From NCBI RefSeq assembly GCF_040938485.1, contig NW_027271340.1, forward strand, positions 2,046,001-2,110,000: a stretch of 64,000 nt of DNA. Reading direction: 5' to 3'. This stretch comes from Diadema antillarum. Its lineage: Eukaryota. Shown piece after piece: positions 22,652 to 35,566 of this stretch (the first letter of the stretch is position 1; the number at the start of each line of letters is the position of its first letter). Below the pieces are notes generated by a model that saw only the letters and a list, made by a program, of their open reading frames with translations, was not told where the DNA came from and searched no databases. The position numbers and the translations under genes are program-made.

Positions 22652-25600
22652 ATGGCTACACGATCAAGACTGAAAGCTGTGTTAATTGATCTGAGTGGAA
22701 CCATACATATTGAAGACTTAGCCATACCAGGGGCAGTTTCTGCATTAAAGAGGTATGTGAGCACATTAAAAAAAAATACAAACACAATCCTTTTTTTTTT
22801 TCCATTTCAGTCTTTCATTTGTCTCTTTTTCTCCTCGTACATGGATATTCCACATGTCTGTCCATTTATACTAGGTGTGCTCTTGATGAATTTGAGAAAT
22901 TGAAATGGTCAGCCCAAGGAATAGTACTTGCAAAAAGTTTTTATAATTCTTGATTTTGTTTAAGATTGTGATCTATTCACTTTTTTACAGAACTTTAATT
23001 TAAAACAAATGAATGAATTCTTTCTGCAGAAGGGGTGTACGAGTATTAAATTTTGAAGAAAATTGCTGGATACTCGAGCAAGTCTACATGAGAGCTTGAT
23101 TTTACTTTAATATCTTGCGTATATTAACTGTACACAGCCCAGTCGCTGTACGCTGTATTCGCACAGCGTATTAACAGCGTCTGGTCGGGCTAGTGTATAT
23201 AGATAGTGTGATTCATACAACTTGTACTATGAAGCATTTTGACACATTTATGCATTCATTTACTAGCACATTGATGTCTGAAGATTTTGTTTATTTATTA
23301 CAGGTTTTAAAAATGTACAATTACTGATTTGAGACCCCCAGCATTACCCCTTTTTATACTTCATGCCAATATGATGTTGGTGGTGATGGTGATGATGGTG
23401 GTGATGATAATGGTGATGATGATGATGATGATGTTGGTGATGATAATGATGATGATGATGATGTTGGTGGTGGGGATGATGATAATGATGATGATCATCA
23501 TTACTGGTAGTGATAATGACTTGTTATTAAAATTTACCATTATATAAACATAAGTGTATCATTGTTAGGAGTTTTGTAAGAAGGTCGGATATTGCAAGAT
23601 ACCGGTAGGCCTACCAGATGAACAAGGTAATTTTGCAGGTCTCATTCCTTTTATATTCTGTTGTTTTTATCCCTGATTTTATAATGAGATATCTGATATA
23701 ATCAGGAAATTTCAGTGGTCCTAAGAAGCTAGTAATGAGGAGGTTCCCTTGTAGTGGTATTGTTATTATAGTCAGATGAATCATCATTTTTATCAGTTTA
23801 TTTCACTTCATTCTACTTGTTGACGTTGTTGTAGATTATGGGGCTTTCTGATAATCTTTGCTTTGTCTTGGTTGGGGAAATAGGTTACGAGATGGAGCCC
23901 TCAAAATCAAGTTTGTGACCAACACGACCAAGGAGAGCATGGTCACCCTCCACCACAGACTCACAAAGATTGGATTCAACATCCAGCCCACTGAGATCTT
24001 CTCCTCCCTGACTGCAGCAAGGAATCTGGTCAGGGAGAAGGGGTGCAGACCAATGCTACTTCTGCAGGACAGCGCCAAAGAAGACTTCAAAGGTGGGATA
24101 TGGGCAGGGTTACTGTATTGCACACAAGTTCTCTATACTGTATATCACACTAGGTTTATATTTTTGTTATTTTTCACAAGTCATGTGTTATTTGCGAATT
24201 TAACAACATACAAAAATATCAACTCTGATCCAAAACAGGAATGTGCAGTACATAGTATAGTCTACGCATAGTAATAGGCCTAAGTCTTGGCTGAATTACT
24301 GTGTGAAGGCATGTTTACACATTCCGATCTCTCTAGTGCTGTATGACATGATCATTGATTTAATCATTCATGAAATTATTGGTAAGTCCCTATTTGCAAA
24401 AGAAATAGACTCAATAAGTATATGGTGTGTACAGTATTACATGTAAATTGTATATTTTGTATTATACCACTGTTTGTAAAATCAATTTTGTGTGAATTTT
24501 TATTTTGAAGAAAGGACAAGTGTCATGAATGCTATGAAATTTGAGGCAGACAGTTGTTTTAGAGCCAACAGGCTCTGAGAAAACATGTTTATGTGTAATG
24601 TGTCATGCCACAGAAAACTGCAAGAAAATAGATTTGTAACAGTGACTGATAGAATGTAGATACATGTGATTTTTTCATATGATTTCCTTTAATGTCGTAA
24701 AGACAAACTTCTGTTACATTGCATTTAACATTGGCACTTGACATTAATCTTTTTATATCCTAGGTATACCAACAGAGAATCCAGACTGTGTTGTAGTGGG
24801 TCTTTCTCCAGACAGTTTTAACTATGACACACTCAACACAGCTTTTAGGTGAGTGATTCTCTTCTACAGCAAGAGGAATTGTCTAGTTTGTTCACAATAA
24901 CTTTTAAGCTCATATCTATGTATGCTGTATTGCATTGATTTCTTAGATTATAATCTATCTAAAATCTCAAGTCAATGCTGTCATAATCTGCAATGTTAGA
25001 AAAAAGAAATTTTCTAAGACAAAATTTTCAAAAGTTGCAGATTCTGACAACCAAAACCTGTTGCTGTGCAAGGAAACATTTTTATAACCGGTACATGTAC
25101 CTCGTTGCAAACGTAATGAAGAAGCTACCAGTTAAATACTGTGATGGAAATTTGGGACTGCCAAACTCATCTTGTTAAAAGTGGTACCTCGTTGTAAGCG
25201 ACCTCATCATAATGGGTTTCCCTGTGTATATGAGTTGAAAGGAGAGCTATGCTCCATATGAACAATTCTGGTAGATAGTGTGCCAAGATATCCTAACTGT
25301 TTTGAGTAGCCATATACCAGTTAAATACTGTGATGGAAATTTGGGACTGCCAAACTCATCTTGTTAAAAGTGGTACCTCGTTGTAAGCGACCTCATCATA
25401 ATGGGTTTTCCTGTGTATATGAGTTGAAAGGAGAGCTATGCTCCATATGAACAATTCTGGTAGATAGTGTGCCAAGATATCCTAACTGTTTTGAGTAGCC
25501 ATATACATTGTACCAGTTAAATACTGTGATGGAAATTTGGGACTGCCAAACTCATCTTGTTAAAAGTGGTACCTCGTTGTAAGCGACCTCATCATAATGG

Positions 25601-28015
25601 GTTTCCCTGTGTATATGAGTTGAAAGGAGAGCTATGCTCCATATGAACAATTCTGGTAGATAGTGTGCCAAGATATCCTAACTGTTTTGAGTAGCCATAT
25701 AGAATTGATTAAAAATTGACTGAAATTCTGATCACCTATGCCACTTCTTACAATGTTACTTCAGAATAATGTAGAATATTTTGTGTTCAGACAGCTGTTT
25801 TGCTTGATAATTTCCTCACTGGAACCAGACTGGTCCTCGAGGGCAGTCCTCTCATAGCCATCCACAAGGCCAAGTACTACAAGAGACCCGATGGACTAGC
25901 CCTTGGACTGGGACCATTTGTGGCAGGGCTGGAGTACGCAGCTGGTGTCAGGGCATCGGTAGTCGGCAAACCAGAGGCAGCATTCTTCACGGAGGCTCTG
26001 AAGACCTTGGGCTGCTCACCAGATGAAGCCGTCATGATCGGAGACGTGAGTGAGACATTGCACCCCATGTCAGCTCATCAAACCATAGATGCTGTTAAGA
26101 ATACTTGAGATACGCTTTGATATGTCGATGAGGTGTGGTGTTTGTAAAGCTAAAGGTGCCTTTCACACAAGATTTCATTTTATATGTGAGAGTCATTTGT
26201 GAAATGTAAATTTAGGACAGGAATTGATTGAACATCTAGCCTTTCGTGCAGTTGTAAATCACAGTTGATACATTGCAGTTTGAAGATGAGAAGCAGTACA
26301 AATTTGCAATAGGCTTTGCAACTACTTGGAAATTAGAGGTAATTTATGTGATGCAGTATTCAGCAGAATAGCGTTTGTATTTCTAGCGTCTATTGTGGAA
26401 GTCACATTAAAAAAAAAAAAAAAAAAAAACAGAAAAACATATACTAGAACACTGGTCGTTTTGAATCAATGAAAGATCTTTGAATCAATGCAAGTTCTTC
26501 TTTTGTTACAGGATGTCCAAGGAGATGTTGAAGGTGCACAAAGGGCTAACATCAAAGCCATCCTTGTCAAAACAGGTGATTTTTGCATTTGTTACAACAC
26601 ATATGAATGATTGTGCTGTCTGTGTGTAAACCTCAGTATGCCACTTTGAAACATTTTCATAAAGTGCTCTGAAAATGAGTTATGATTGCTTTATAACATT
26701 GTTGATATCAATATTGCCAATACTAAAACTTTATTATTATCATTATGATAGTGATAGTGATTATTATGTTACTAATATTATTTGTTATTATTGTTACTAA
26801 AAAGTCTTGGTATTTATTATCATTATTTGCATTAGCATTATTATTACAGTGCACTCCCGTTACAACGAACACGGTTATAACAAAATTTCGTTATAACGAA
26901 GTAAAACTTCTGGTCCCAAACTTAACGTCATTATAAGTCTATGGTACAAAATTCGCTTATAACGAACACGGTTATAGCGAAATTTTCGTTATAACGAAGT
27001 TTTTCTGAGCACCACTGACAAGGAAAAACAGAAGAAATGTGCTCCGTTATAACGAAATGCGAATTGCTTTTGAAAATACGTAGTGGAACAAGCATTTATA
27101 GCGTCTCTGCATGGGCGAACGCTTCACGTCACTGTGTGTTCGCCCCTTGTGTCACGCACAGTTTCTGAGGGGAACTTGCGTTTAATATTGTAATACAATA
27201 ATCCCATCCCATTTCACATAGCTTTCCATGATGAGTATTCAGCAAACAGAATATATATATATATATCGGTGGTTTCCTTGTTTACGTTATATATTGTATT
27301 TGTTCGGTTATAACGAAATTTCGTTATAACGAAAGAAAACTGCCGGTCCCGAGCATTTCGTTATAACGGGAGTGCACTGTATCAGTATCATCATTATTGT
27401 TTTGATCAATACAATCATCGTTTTTCAAAGTCAAACTCAGAAAGACATTTATACAGATGGAAATGCATTGCAGCATCATTCAATTTCAGCATGTGGACAT
27501 GGTGACAAGTTAGTGACCTTTATTTTATTCTTACTACTTCTTTAATTGAAGGAACTTTTATTCTTGACTGAGGGGTATTGTGTTGCTATCCACTGCACTC
27601 TACAGTTGATAGTTATACTAGAATGATGTGCAAACTTTAGTGGCCAGTGGTGTCCTATTTTAATCTTTACTTTGATTTTTTTTTAATGTCAAAGATAGGT
27701 CAGGTTTCATTGCAAGGTTTTTGTTGGTGTGGCAACTCGCAGTAACTGCAGCTATGATAGTAACAAGCCAGCTTGTAGTCTTTCTGCTTCTTGCTGTGGT
27801 AGTTACTCTGATTAAAAGTTACCGTTATAAATCTTTACCATAGCAGGGCTATGATACGTTCAAATAAAGCTGCAAGATAACAAAGTTTGATTTCCTTTTC
27901 TCTTTCTGCAGGAAAATACCGCCCAGGCGATGAGGCAAAGATAACTCCTGCACCCATGGCTGTGTGTGACGATTTCTCAGCTGCTGTGGACCTGTTGCTG
28001 AAGGATTTTTTATGA
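22652..28015 (+). CDS. HDHD2: Haloacid dehalogenase-like hydrolase domain-containing 2. Exons 22652-22752, 23884-24092, 24764-24848, 25829-26045, 26512-26575, 27912-28015 (259 aa)
   Basis: [16 protein letters not shown] (motif I), [38 protein letters not shown]|DVQGDV and ILVKTG|KYRPGDE. All introns are GT-AG and phases are consistent (101+209+85+217+64+104 = 780 nt). DLSG plus the FVTNTTKES and C-terminal pattern fit HDHD2 better than its paralog LHPP. Confidence 0.95.
23365..23505. repeat. Compound (GAT/GGT)n trinucleotide microsatellite in HDHD2 intron 1
   Basis: Visible ATG/GTG runs. Confidence 0.95.
25126..25699. repeat. Three near-identical ~189-bp tandem copies in HDHD2 intron 3
   Basis: Units start TACCAGTTAAATACTG at 25126, 25315 and 25511. 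A 7-nt spacer precedes copy 3. Confidence 0.95.
26847..27379. mobile_element. Tc1/mariner (pogo/Tigger-like) MITE in HDHD2 intron 5
   Basis: TA|CAGTGCACTCCCGTTACAACGAA...TTCGTTATAACGGGAGTGCACTG|TA, with repeated CGTTATAACG motifs. Confidence 0.85.
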
Positions 28016-28447
28016 CATCAACTTCAGAGACTTAAATAACTGTATTTCGCAATTGGCTGTATTACTTAATACATTGAACTTGCCTGAATCAGCTCATTGT
28101 ACATCCCTAATGAGAATACTTGTATACTGTCATCCTGAGTTTGAAAGACATTTTGCACCGTGCATGGCACTACGTACATGTGCTGAGCATACTCATCTGT
28201 CTCTAAATGTGCACTGAAGTATATGGTATATTCAGATATGTTTTCGTCACCATTTACTTTGAGTGCATGTGCAGTGGTGTCAACCATATTTTACTGAAAA
28301 GGCCGGTATAAACTTCACATGAAATATAAAGAGTGATGATTTACGACTACTCTACTTCCTTCTTAAGAAGTACCTTCCTAGTGCTTCAAGCATACATTGA
28401 TAAATAATGAAATAGATGCATATAATCATGCACACATACATTTACTG

Positions 28448-28686
28448 TATACACCGAAAATTCGCGAGGTTTTTATTGTCGTGAATTTTGCAAGTCAGGT
28501 GCTATTCGCGAAATTAAAGACACACGAAAATATTGACTCTGATCCCGATGTGGATGTGACGTAAGCATAATGTACATTTCTCCGTTCATTATAAGACTCC
28601 ACAATCGCGAATTTAATCACTCATGAAATCGTCGGGAATTCCCGATTCGCAAAAATTTAGACTTGCGAAATATATGGCGTATACAG
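28448..28686. mobile_element. Tc1/mariner-type MITE
   Basis: TA|CTGTATAC...GTATACAG|TA. A related inverted copy lies at ~48225-48590. Confidence 0.6.
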
Positions 28687-29058
28687 TATGTAACCAACCA
28701 GACAAGCCCAATCAGTGGTGATTGTGGTAATTGCTATATTCAGATGGTCTTCTGTGTACAAATAAAATGTCTAGCTTTGTTAGTCCTTTAAATGTTCATG
28801 TTCAACTCAGTGAAAACTGTATTCTAGTGTTTATCTACTAGATAAACAATGGAATAAAGCAGAATGAAAACTTGTTTATAAAAACTGCATATAATGGTTT
28901 AATTTGCTAGAAAAGGTATGTGTTTTTTTACATACAAATTTAACATGACTTTCTGATTAGAGTTGTCTGGCATAGCACACAGTGTATTTATAGTAATTGA
29001 TAATTACATAATATGAATCGTGAGGTTACGCTGTATATGCATTTAAAAATATTTATTG

Positions 29059-32000
29059 TGTTGTATGTCATTTCTTATAGTGCTCCCACCAGGTTGCATG
29101 GATGATGTAGGGTTACCTAGCATCTATGTGTCGTCGTCTGATTTTACAAGGTCAGGACAGTAGAAGAAAACGACGAAGACTCGTTGATTGAGGGGGATGA
29201 GTTCTTTTATCGGGCTGGCAGCCTTGGTGCTTGCATGTAGAAGATAAAAAAAACCAAAAAACCTCCAACTGAGGTTTTGCTCTCACTAGCCTCGGACGCC
29301 AACCGCAAGACCAGTAGACTCGCTCACCAGCTGAATCTTCACTCCTCGAAGAGCTGTAATCTGTATCACCCTCTAGTGACACAAGACTTTGACTTTGGTT
29401 CTCCCACGAAATGGAACCCTCACAAGTCTGTCAAAAACCAGCTCTTTCGATGACTCTTTTCAGCTAGCGCATCCAGCAATCCAACACATCAAAAATCACC
29501 AGTGCATCTCCGGAGGAGTGCTGGTCAAGCACTTTTCCTAGCAGAGGGCTAGTTTTCCTTGCCACTTTACCTCATTAGGGATGCGATATTAATCCACCAA
29601 CTACATGTACTAGTCAAGCAGTCATATAACCAACTTTATACACAATCAATTGCCTTTTACACTATACTCTTGTGACAATAACAAAATACATATATGACTA
29701 TTTACACTGTGGTATGGTGCTATATTTCATCTTCAATGAAAGGATATCGAGAACACATACTTCTTTGATCAAGTGACCCTCGAAGTCTCTGCCCTGATCA
29801 GAATGGATGCGAAGAGGAATCCCGTAATGGACAAACCAAACATCGCATAAGACTTTTGCAATTGTGTGGGCACTCTGATCTCGACACCAAAGACGTCAGT
29901 CATTATGACGTCAGTCATTACAAGAATGTCTTCATATCCTCCTCGACCTCGGTCCATCTTCAAGAAGTCTATTGCTAGAACTTCATTCGGCCTGAATGCT
30001 AGTAAGTGGTGCATAGGGCTTCTGACTGTGGGAGTCGGTGCTTTGGCCATTGTACAGTTAAAGCACGTCTTGATATGCTGCCGTACATCTGCATTCAATC
30101 CTGGCCAGAAACATCTCTTCTGCAACAATGCAAGAGTTCTCGTCACACCTTGATGTCCCCATTTATCATGTGCTGACTCTAGTATGACCTTCCTCATCTT
30201 GGTTGGGACAAGTAATTGCTCTACAAACACTTGTTTGAAAGACACACGTCGATACAAGACTCCATCTCTTTTAGTGACGTGTCCCATTCTCGTAAGTAGC
30301 TCTTCACAGATGGTGGCTCATCTGACATTGGCTCAGTTGGCTTCTTTTTCTCTTTCCAGTAGTTCCATACTCGTCCTAATGCTTCATCACTCTGCTGTAG
30401 CTCAGACAGCTGTGAAGGGCTGAATGATGGGAAGATACTGGGTTTACAGTCGTCTTCTGTCGTCTGTCGAGATGGTTGTCGTCTATTCTCAGCTTTGGGG
30501 AGAACTTCTACTGGCATGGCAGAACAATTTAACATCATGTCTATGCACTCGTCTTCATCTGTTTCTTTGTCATGGGGACGGCGACTAAGTGCATCAGCAC
30601 ACCAGTTTTGTTTGCCTGCTTGATACTTTATTTCCAGGTCAAATGGTGCTAACTGAGCAACCCATCTTTGTTCTGTAGCTCCCAGCTTGGCAGTATCCAA
30701 ATGTGCCAATGGATTGTGGTCTGTGCGATTGTGGTCTGTGCGCACTTCTGTCTTACTTCCTATTAGATACTCCCTGAACTTATCTGCAGTGGCCCATTTC
30801 AGCCCGAGCAGCTCTAACTTGAAGCTTGAGTAATCTGGGTAGTGTCACTTGGCATGTCGTAGCCCCCTGCTAGCATATGCTAGTGGATGCAGTTTGTCAT
30901 TGTCACCTTCTTGTAACAGACTCGCTGCAAGTCCTTTCAATGAAGCATCCACCTCCACCACAAAAGGCTTTTTGAATCTTGGGTAGCCCAACACTGGTGT
31001 TGTCGTAAGTGTGTGCTTCAGCCCATCAAACGCACACTGAGCCTCCTCTGTCCACTCAAATGTTTGCACACCCATTGCTCTGTGCCTGTTCTTCGATTTC
31101 TTGGACATAGGCTGACACTTCCCAACCAGGGCATGTAGTGGGGCCGCTGTTGCCGCAAATCCCGCCACAAATCGTCTATAATATGACGCGAGTCCTAGAA
31201 AAGAACGTAATAGCTCTCCAACATTTGTGGGGCGGGGCCATATGTCTTAATCGTCTCAATCTTGGTCGGGTCGACGGATATGCCTGCTGCTGTCATCACA
31301 TGGCCAAGGTGATGCACTTCCTCTTGCAGAAATTTGCATTTTTTACCCTTCAACTTCAAGTTGTGTTCCATCAGTCATGTGAACACCATCTGCAACCAGG
31401 CCAAATGTTCTTCAAGTGTTGCAGAAAACACAAGGATATCATCTAGGTAAATGACAACATGGGTCAGATTCAAGTCACCCAGTACTATACATCGTGTAGT
31501 TCTATCAGACGTTGGAATGTACTAGGGCTATTGATCTAGCCCTTGGGGCATCCGTAGAAATTCAAAGAGACCCCAGGGTACTCTGAAAGCGGTTTGCTTG
31601 ATGGAACTCTCTTCCATGGCCACTTGGAAATACCCGTTAGCAAGATCCTATGAGCTGAAGAACCTCGCTCCGCCTATTGCCTCAAGTGTCTCCTTGATCC
31701 GAGGGAGTGGAAAGGAGTCTCTGACTGTTCGACTGTTGAGTTGTCTGTTATCAATACAGACTCTAAGGGATTCGTCCTTCTTACGGACAGGGACAACTGG
31801 ACTAGCAAATGGGCTGCTAGACTTCCTGATAATCCCCTTCTCTAGCATCTCTTGCAGGAGAGATTCGGTGCAATGCGTCGATAAGGCAACCTTATGGGGG
31901 ACTCATCACGGAGCTGAATCCGATGAGGAATAGTGCCAGTGCAACACCCCAAACTCGTGTCACTCTCCACAAATGCTCCTGCATTTTCAGACAACAGCTT

Positions 32001-33197
32001 TACTATCTCGTCAGCCTGTTCTCTGTCTAGATGATCCAGTGTCACTACAGATGGCACAATGTTGCAGTTTCACTCCAGATGCTGTAACATACTCTCCAGC
32101 CTTGTCTTCCATCAATATGGGCTGTAAGTCTTCTTCAGCTCGAGTGTTTTTCCGCCAGCTTCAACAGCAACATCAGCGATGTTCACCTCGACAAAGCCAT
32201 CTCTTTCGAGTAACACAACCTCCTCTGTCACTCCACTCTAACAGCTGATGCCACAGGTGTTCCTTTTTCAAGCTTCATTACGCCACTGCTTCGGTTTGCA
32301 ACAATCACGTGTACCGTTTGATGATCCAATCCACCTGAATGCACCCATCATAGATGTCTAATGCGTCTCACTCCAGATCTGATAGCTGCTTTAGGATTTC
32401 TACTAGCATATCATTGCCAGTTTTGTTAGATTGCGGTTTCCATGCTGTGTCGACTTCCACATCAGCTCCTTCCAGCAGCGTACCTTTTTCTGTGTTGCAC
32501 TGTAAACTTCTCAGAGTCAATGGTGGCATCACCTCATCCCCTGTCGTGGTGAGCATAGAGGTTGCGGCAGACTTGGTCACTTCCCTTTTAGGTACTTGGA
32601 GAGTTTCTTTGATGAGACCCCATCCATCCGTAGTGGGAATGTCTCCTTCCTGAAGAATTACACATAGCGCATTGCATCCTAGTATGATCGGGTAGTCATC
32701 CCTCCGGGGTGTGTAGACTCCATCCTCCACAATGAGAAATCCCACTTCAGCAGTTTTTCCTCCCACAGGTATTGGGACACGCATATACCCCATAATAGGT
32801 GCTATGTTTTCCGTCACCCCTACCACTTTCACACCACTGCCACGTCCGTCTAGAGGCCCTGCCCTCTCCCTTAGATGTTCGTTGTAGAATGAGGCTAGGA
32901 TAACTTTATACACAATCAATTGCCTTTTACACGGTATGCAATTGCAACAAACTCTTGGTGACAATAACAAAATACATATCTGACTATTTACACTGTGGTA
33001 TGGTGCTATATTTCATCTTCAATGGAAGGATATCGAGTGATGAGACCTACTGACCAGCCGCTCCCTATCACTCTTTCTGGCATATAGTGCCTACCATTGT
33101 CCTGGCCAGTTCCTTATCGTTGACACTCTGGCACATAGCAGCCTCCTTTGTTTACTATACATCTTATGGGGAGAGTGCAAATTTCCACTCTCCTACA
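29059..33197 (-). mobile_element. Decayed, internally deleted Ty3/Gypsy LTR retrotransposon with complementary half-LTRs
   Basis: pol fragments are flanked by a 120/136-bp direct repeat (29632-29751 and 32902-33037). Outer ends TG (29059) and CA (33197) are both flanked by ATTG, a candidate TSD. Confidence 0.7.
29752..32901 (-). pseudogene. Gypsy pol pseudogene: truncated protease, RT, RNase H, truncated integrase
   Basis: Protease tail PIILGCNAL; RT MLEKGIIRKSSSPFASPVV...DSFPLPRI and YLDDI (~31440); RNase H VEVDASLKG, TDHNPL, DALSR; integrase AHDKWGHQG...CFNC, AIDFLK, HSDQG. Many stops and frameshifts. Confidence 0.92.
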
Positions 33198-33404
33198 ATT
33201 GCATATAATATTAGTTCACATCCTTGGCAATGCGTTAGTGATGTATTGTTGATATTATCATGTTCTGTCAAATTCATTCAGTCTGTAAACACTTCACAAA
33301 AGCCAACGGTGCCAAAACTTTGTGAAGACAGAAATAAACTCTTGGTGTACCGGTACAGCATGAAAAGTTTCCAAAGTAATTTCTTTGTTCTCCTAGCTGC
33401 TATA

Positions 33405-33590
33405 CAGTCAAACTTGTCTATAGCGGCCACCCAAGAGAGACAAAAGAAAAAAATGGCAGATAGAAACAGGTGGCCACTATAGGCAGGTTCTTTAATATGC
33501 TTTTTCTCTCAGAGGAAATTGTTTTTAGTGGTCGTATATTTAAAGGCAGGTGGCCGTAGTAGACGGGTGGTCGCTATACAAGTTTGACTA
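33405..33590. mobile_element. Tc1/mariner-type MITE
   Basis: TA|CAGTCAAACTTG...CAAGTTTGACT(A)|TA. Confidence 0.65.
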
Positions 33591-33817
33591 TACATGTATT
33601 GATACTGTTTGGCCATACATATATGGATTATGAAATGCTAAACAGAAGTATACAAGGTGTATAGGCCTATATCAACTGCTTTGACCAATAAAAATGCAGA
33701 CATGTACCACAGCAATATCACATAAATGAAGACTAGCATAAGTGTGACATCGATCGAGAGACACTCCTTCAATGCCAAAACAAACACACAAAACAGCATT
33801 GTGGACTAGTGTATAGT

Positions 33818-35015
33818 CAGTGGCAGATTGAGGTGGGATGGGGGATGGTTGGCGCACCAGGCGCTCCCCCTTTATTTTTTGTTAAAGCAAGAGAAACAAA
33901 AGTAGAAATGAAAGAGGGTGCATGCACCGGCCCCCCGTTAGGTTTTTTATGCCTCCGCCAACGAAGTGGCTGGAGGCATTGTGTTTTCGGGTCGTCCGTC
34001 CGTCCGTACGTCCGTCCCGTTATGTTTTTGTTGATATCTCAAGAACCGTGAGGTGGTTTTGCATCAAACATGGTATGAGGGTATATCCTGGGGGGATGAT
34101 ACTTTGTTTGGATTTTAGGGTCATGGGGTCAAAGGTCAAAGGTCACAGGTTATTTTGTGAAAAAAGGTTGAAATTTCATGTTTTTCTCTATATCTCGCAA
34201 ATGGTTCAAGGTATCTTCATGGAACTTAGTATATATGCATGTACCGATGGGCAGTGATTATCTAGGGAAGTTGGGGGTCATGGGTCAAAGGTCAGGGGGT
34301 CAAAGGTCAAGGTCAACTCCTCAAAATATCACCACTTTCCTTATATTTATGCAATGCCTGAAGGATTTTTTTTTAACTTGATGTATGCATGTATAACCCA
34401 ATATATATTCTGTGGGAAGTTTCTTGCCAAAAGGTCAAAGGTCAAAAGGTCAAAGGTCAAGTGAAAGTGCTAAATTGCACTTCTTCCTCCATATCTCTAA
34501 AGTAACTCAAGGTATTATCATGAAACTTACATATTTATGCATGTTCTACCTTACAGTGATTCTCTTTGGAACTGTGAGGTCAAAGGTCAAAGGCCAGGTT
34601 TAGATAATACTATTTTACCATTTGATACTGAAATTATACTTTTTCTCAATACCTTGAAAATTACTCAATGCATAAACTTATAAAAGGGTCAAAAGTCAAA
34701 TAAAAATCATCAGTTCCCCCAAATACCTGCACTCTGACGTTTTAATCATTCATCCAATTGAACCTAGTTCTAGGAAAGTGAACATTCAGCACATTTGTGG
34801 CAAACCTGTCATTTTAATATTTTGCCAATTGTCTGAAACTGTCATCACACATTGTCAAGACATTGTACTATAGACCTATTAGGAGAACCATGCATTATGG
34901 TGGAGGCATACACCAGTCGCCGTAGCGACATTTCTAGTTTTTTTATTCTTTAAAGAAACCATTTTTGTCGATCAGCACCGCCGCCCCCTTTACGGAATTC
35001 CTGGATCCGCCTCTG
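33818..35015. mobile_element. hAT-like MITE (CAGTGGCAGAT...GGATCCGCCTCTG) interrupted by a HINE
   Basis: Degenerate terminal inverted repeats on either side of the 33947-34938 insertion. Confidence 0.5.
33947..34938 (+). mobile_element. Helentron-associated (HINE/DINE-1-like) element
   Basis: 5' subTIR TATGCCTCCGCCA, (CGTC)n microsatellite, GGTCAAAGGTCA core repeats, 3' subTIR TGGTGGAGGCATA, GTCGC-cgta-GCGAC stem-loop, CTAG end in a T-run. Confidence 0.75.
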
Positions 35016-35566
35016 GCAGGCAATAACAAAGATACACACAGAATACTAATCTGCCATTAGAAACGAAAACTGAATGAGCTAGACACACTCATTGCATATC
35101 GGATTCGGATATGCGAAAGTAGGATAATCCTACATTCATATTGCAAGAATGCAAAGCAGCTGCTTTGTCATAATTATGTTTTGTGCATGGACATTTACCA
35201 GCTGAACAGAGAACCATGTTTTCTTTGTTCATTTTTTACAACTTACAAATGAATTTAAAGACTATATACCGTACCCTTCTTCTTTTGCACAATTTGATCT
35301 AGCTGTCTCCTTGGATACCGGGTATTGGTTGAAGTTTTCATTATCGTTCAAGCTATAGGCTTCCAAATCTCACGCAATAAGGGTGAGACTTGCGCAATTC
35401 ACCCAATTCTTACTCTATTATTTATTAAAGAATGCTCACACTAGATCCCCCAAATAGAAAGTATATATACATGTACTCAGTACCAGATTGCATCATTTGA
35501 CATTTGAAGTGTAGATTACTAGTCAAAATTCCTAACCTTTGAAAGGGTAAACCCCCTTTCACATCT

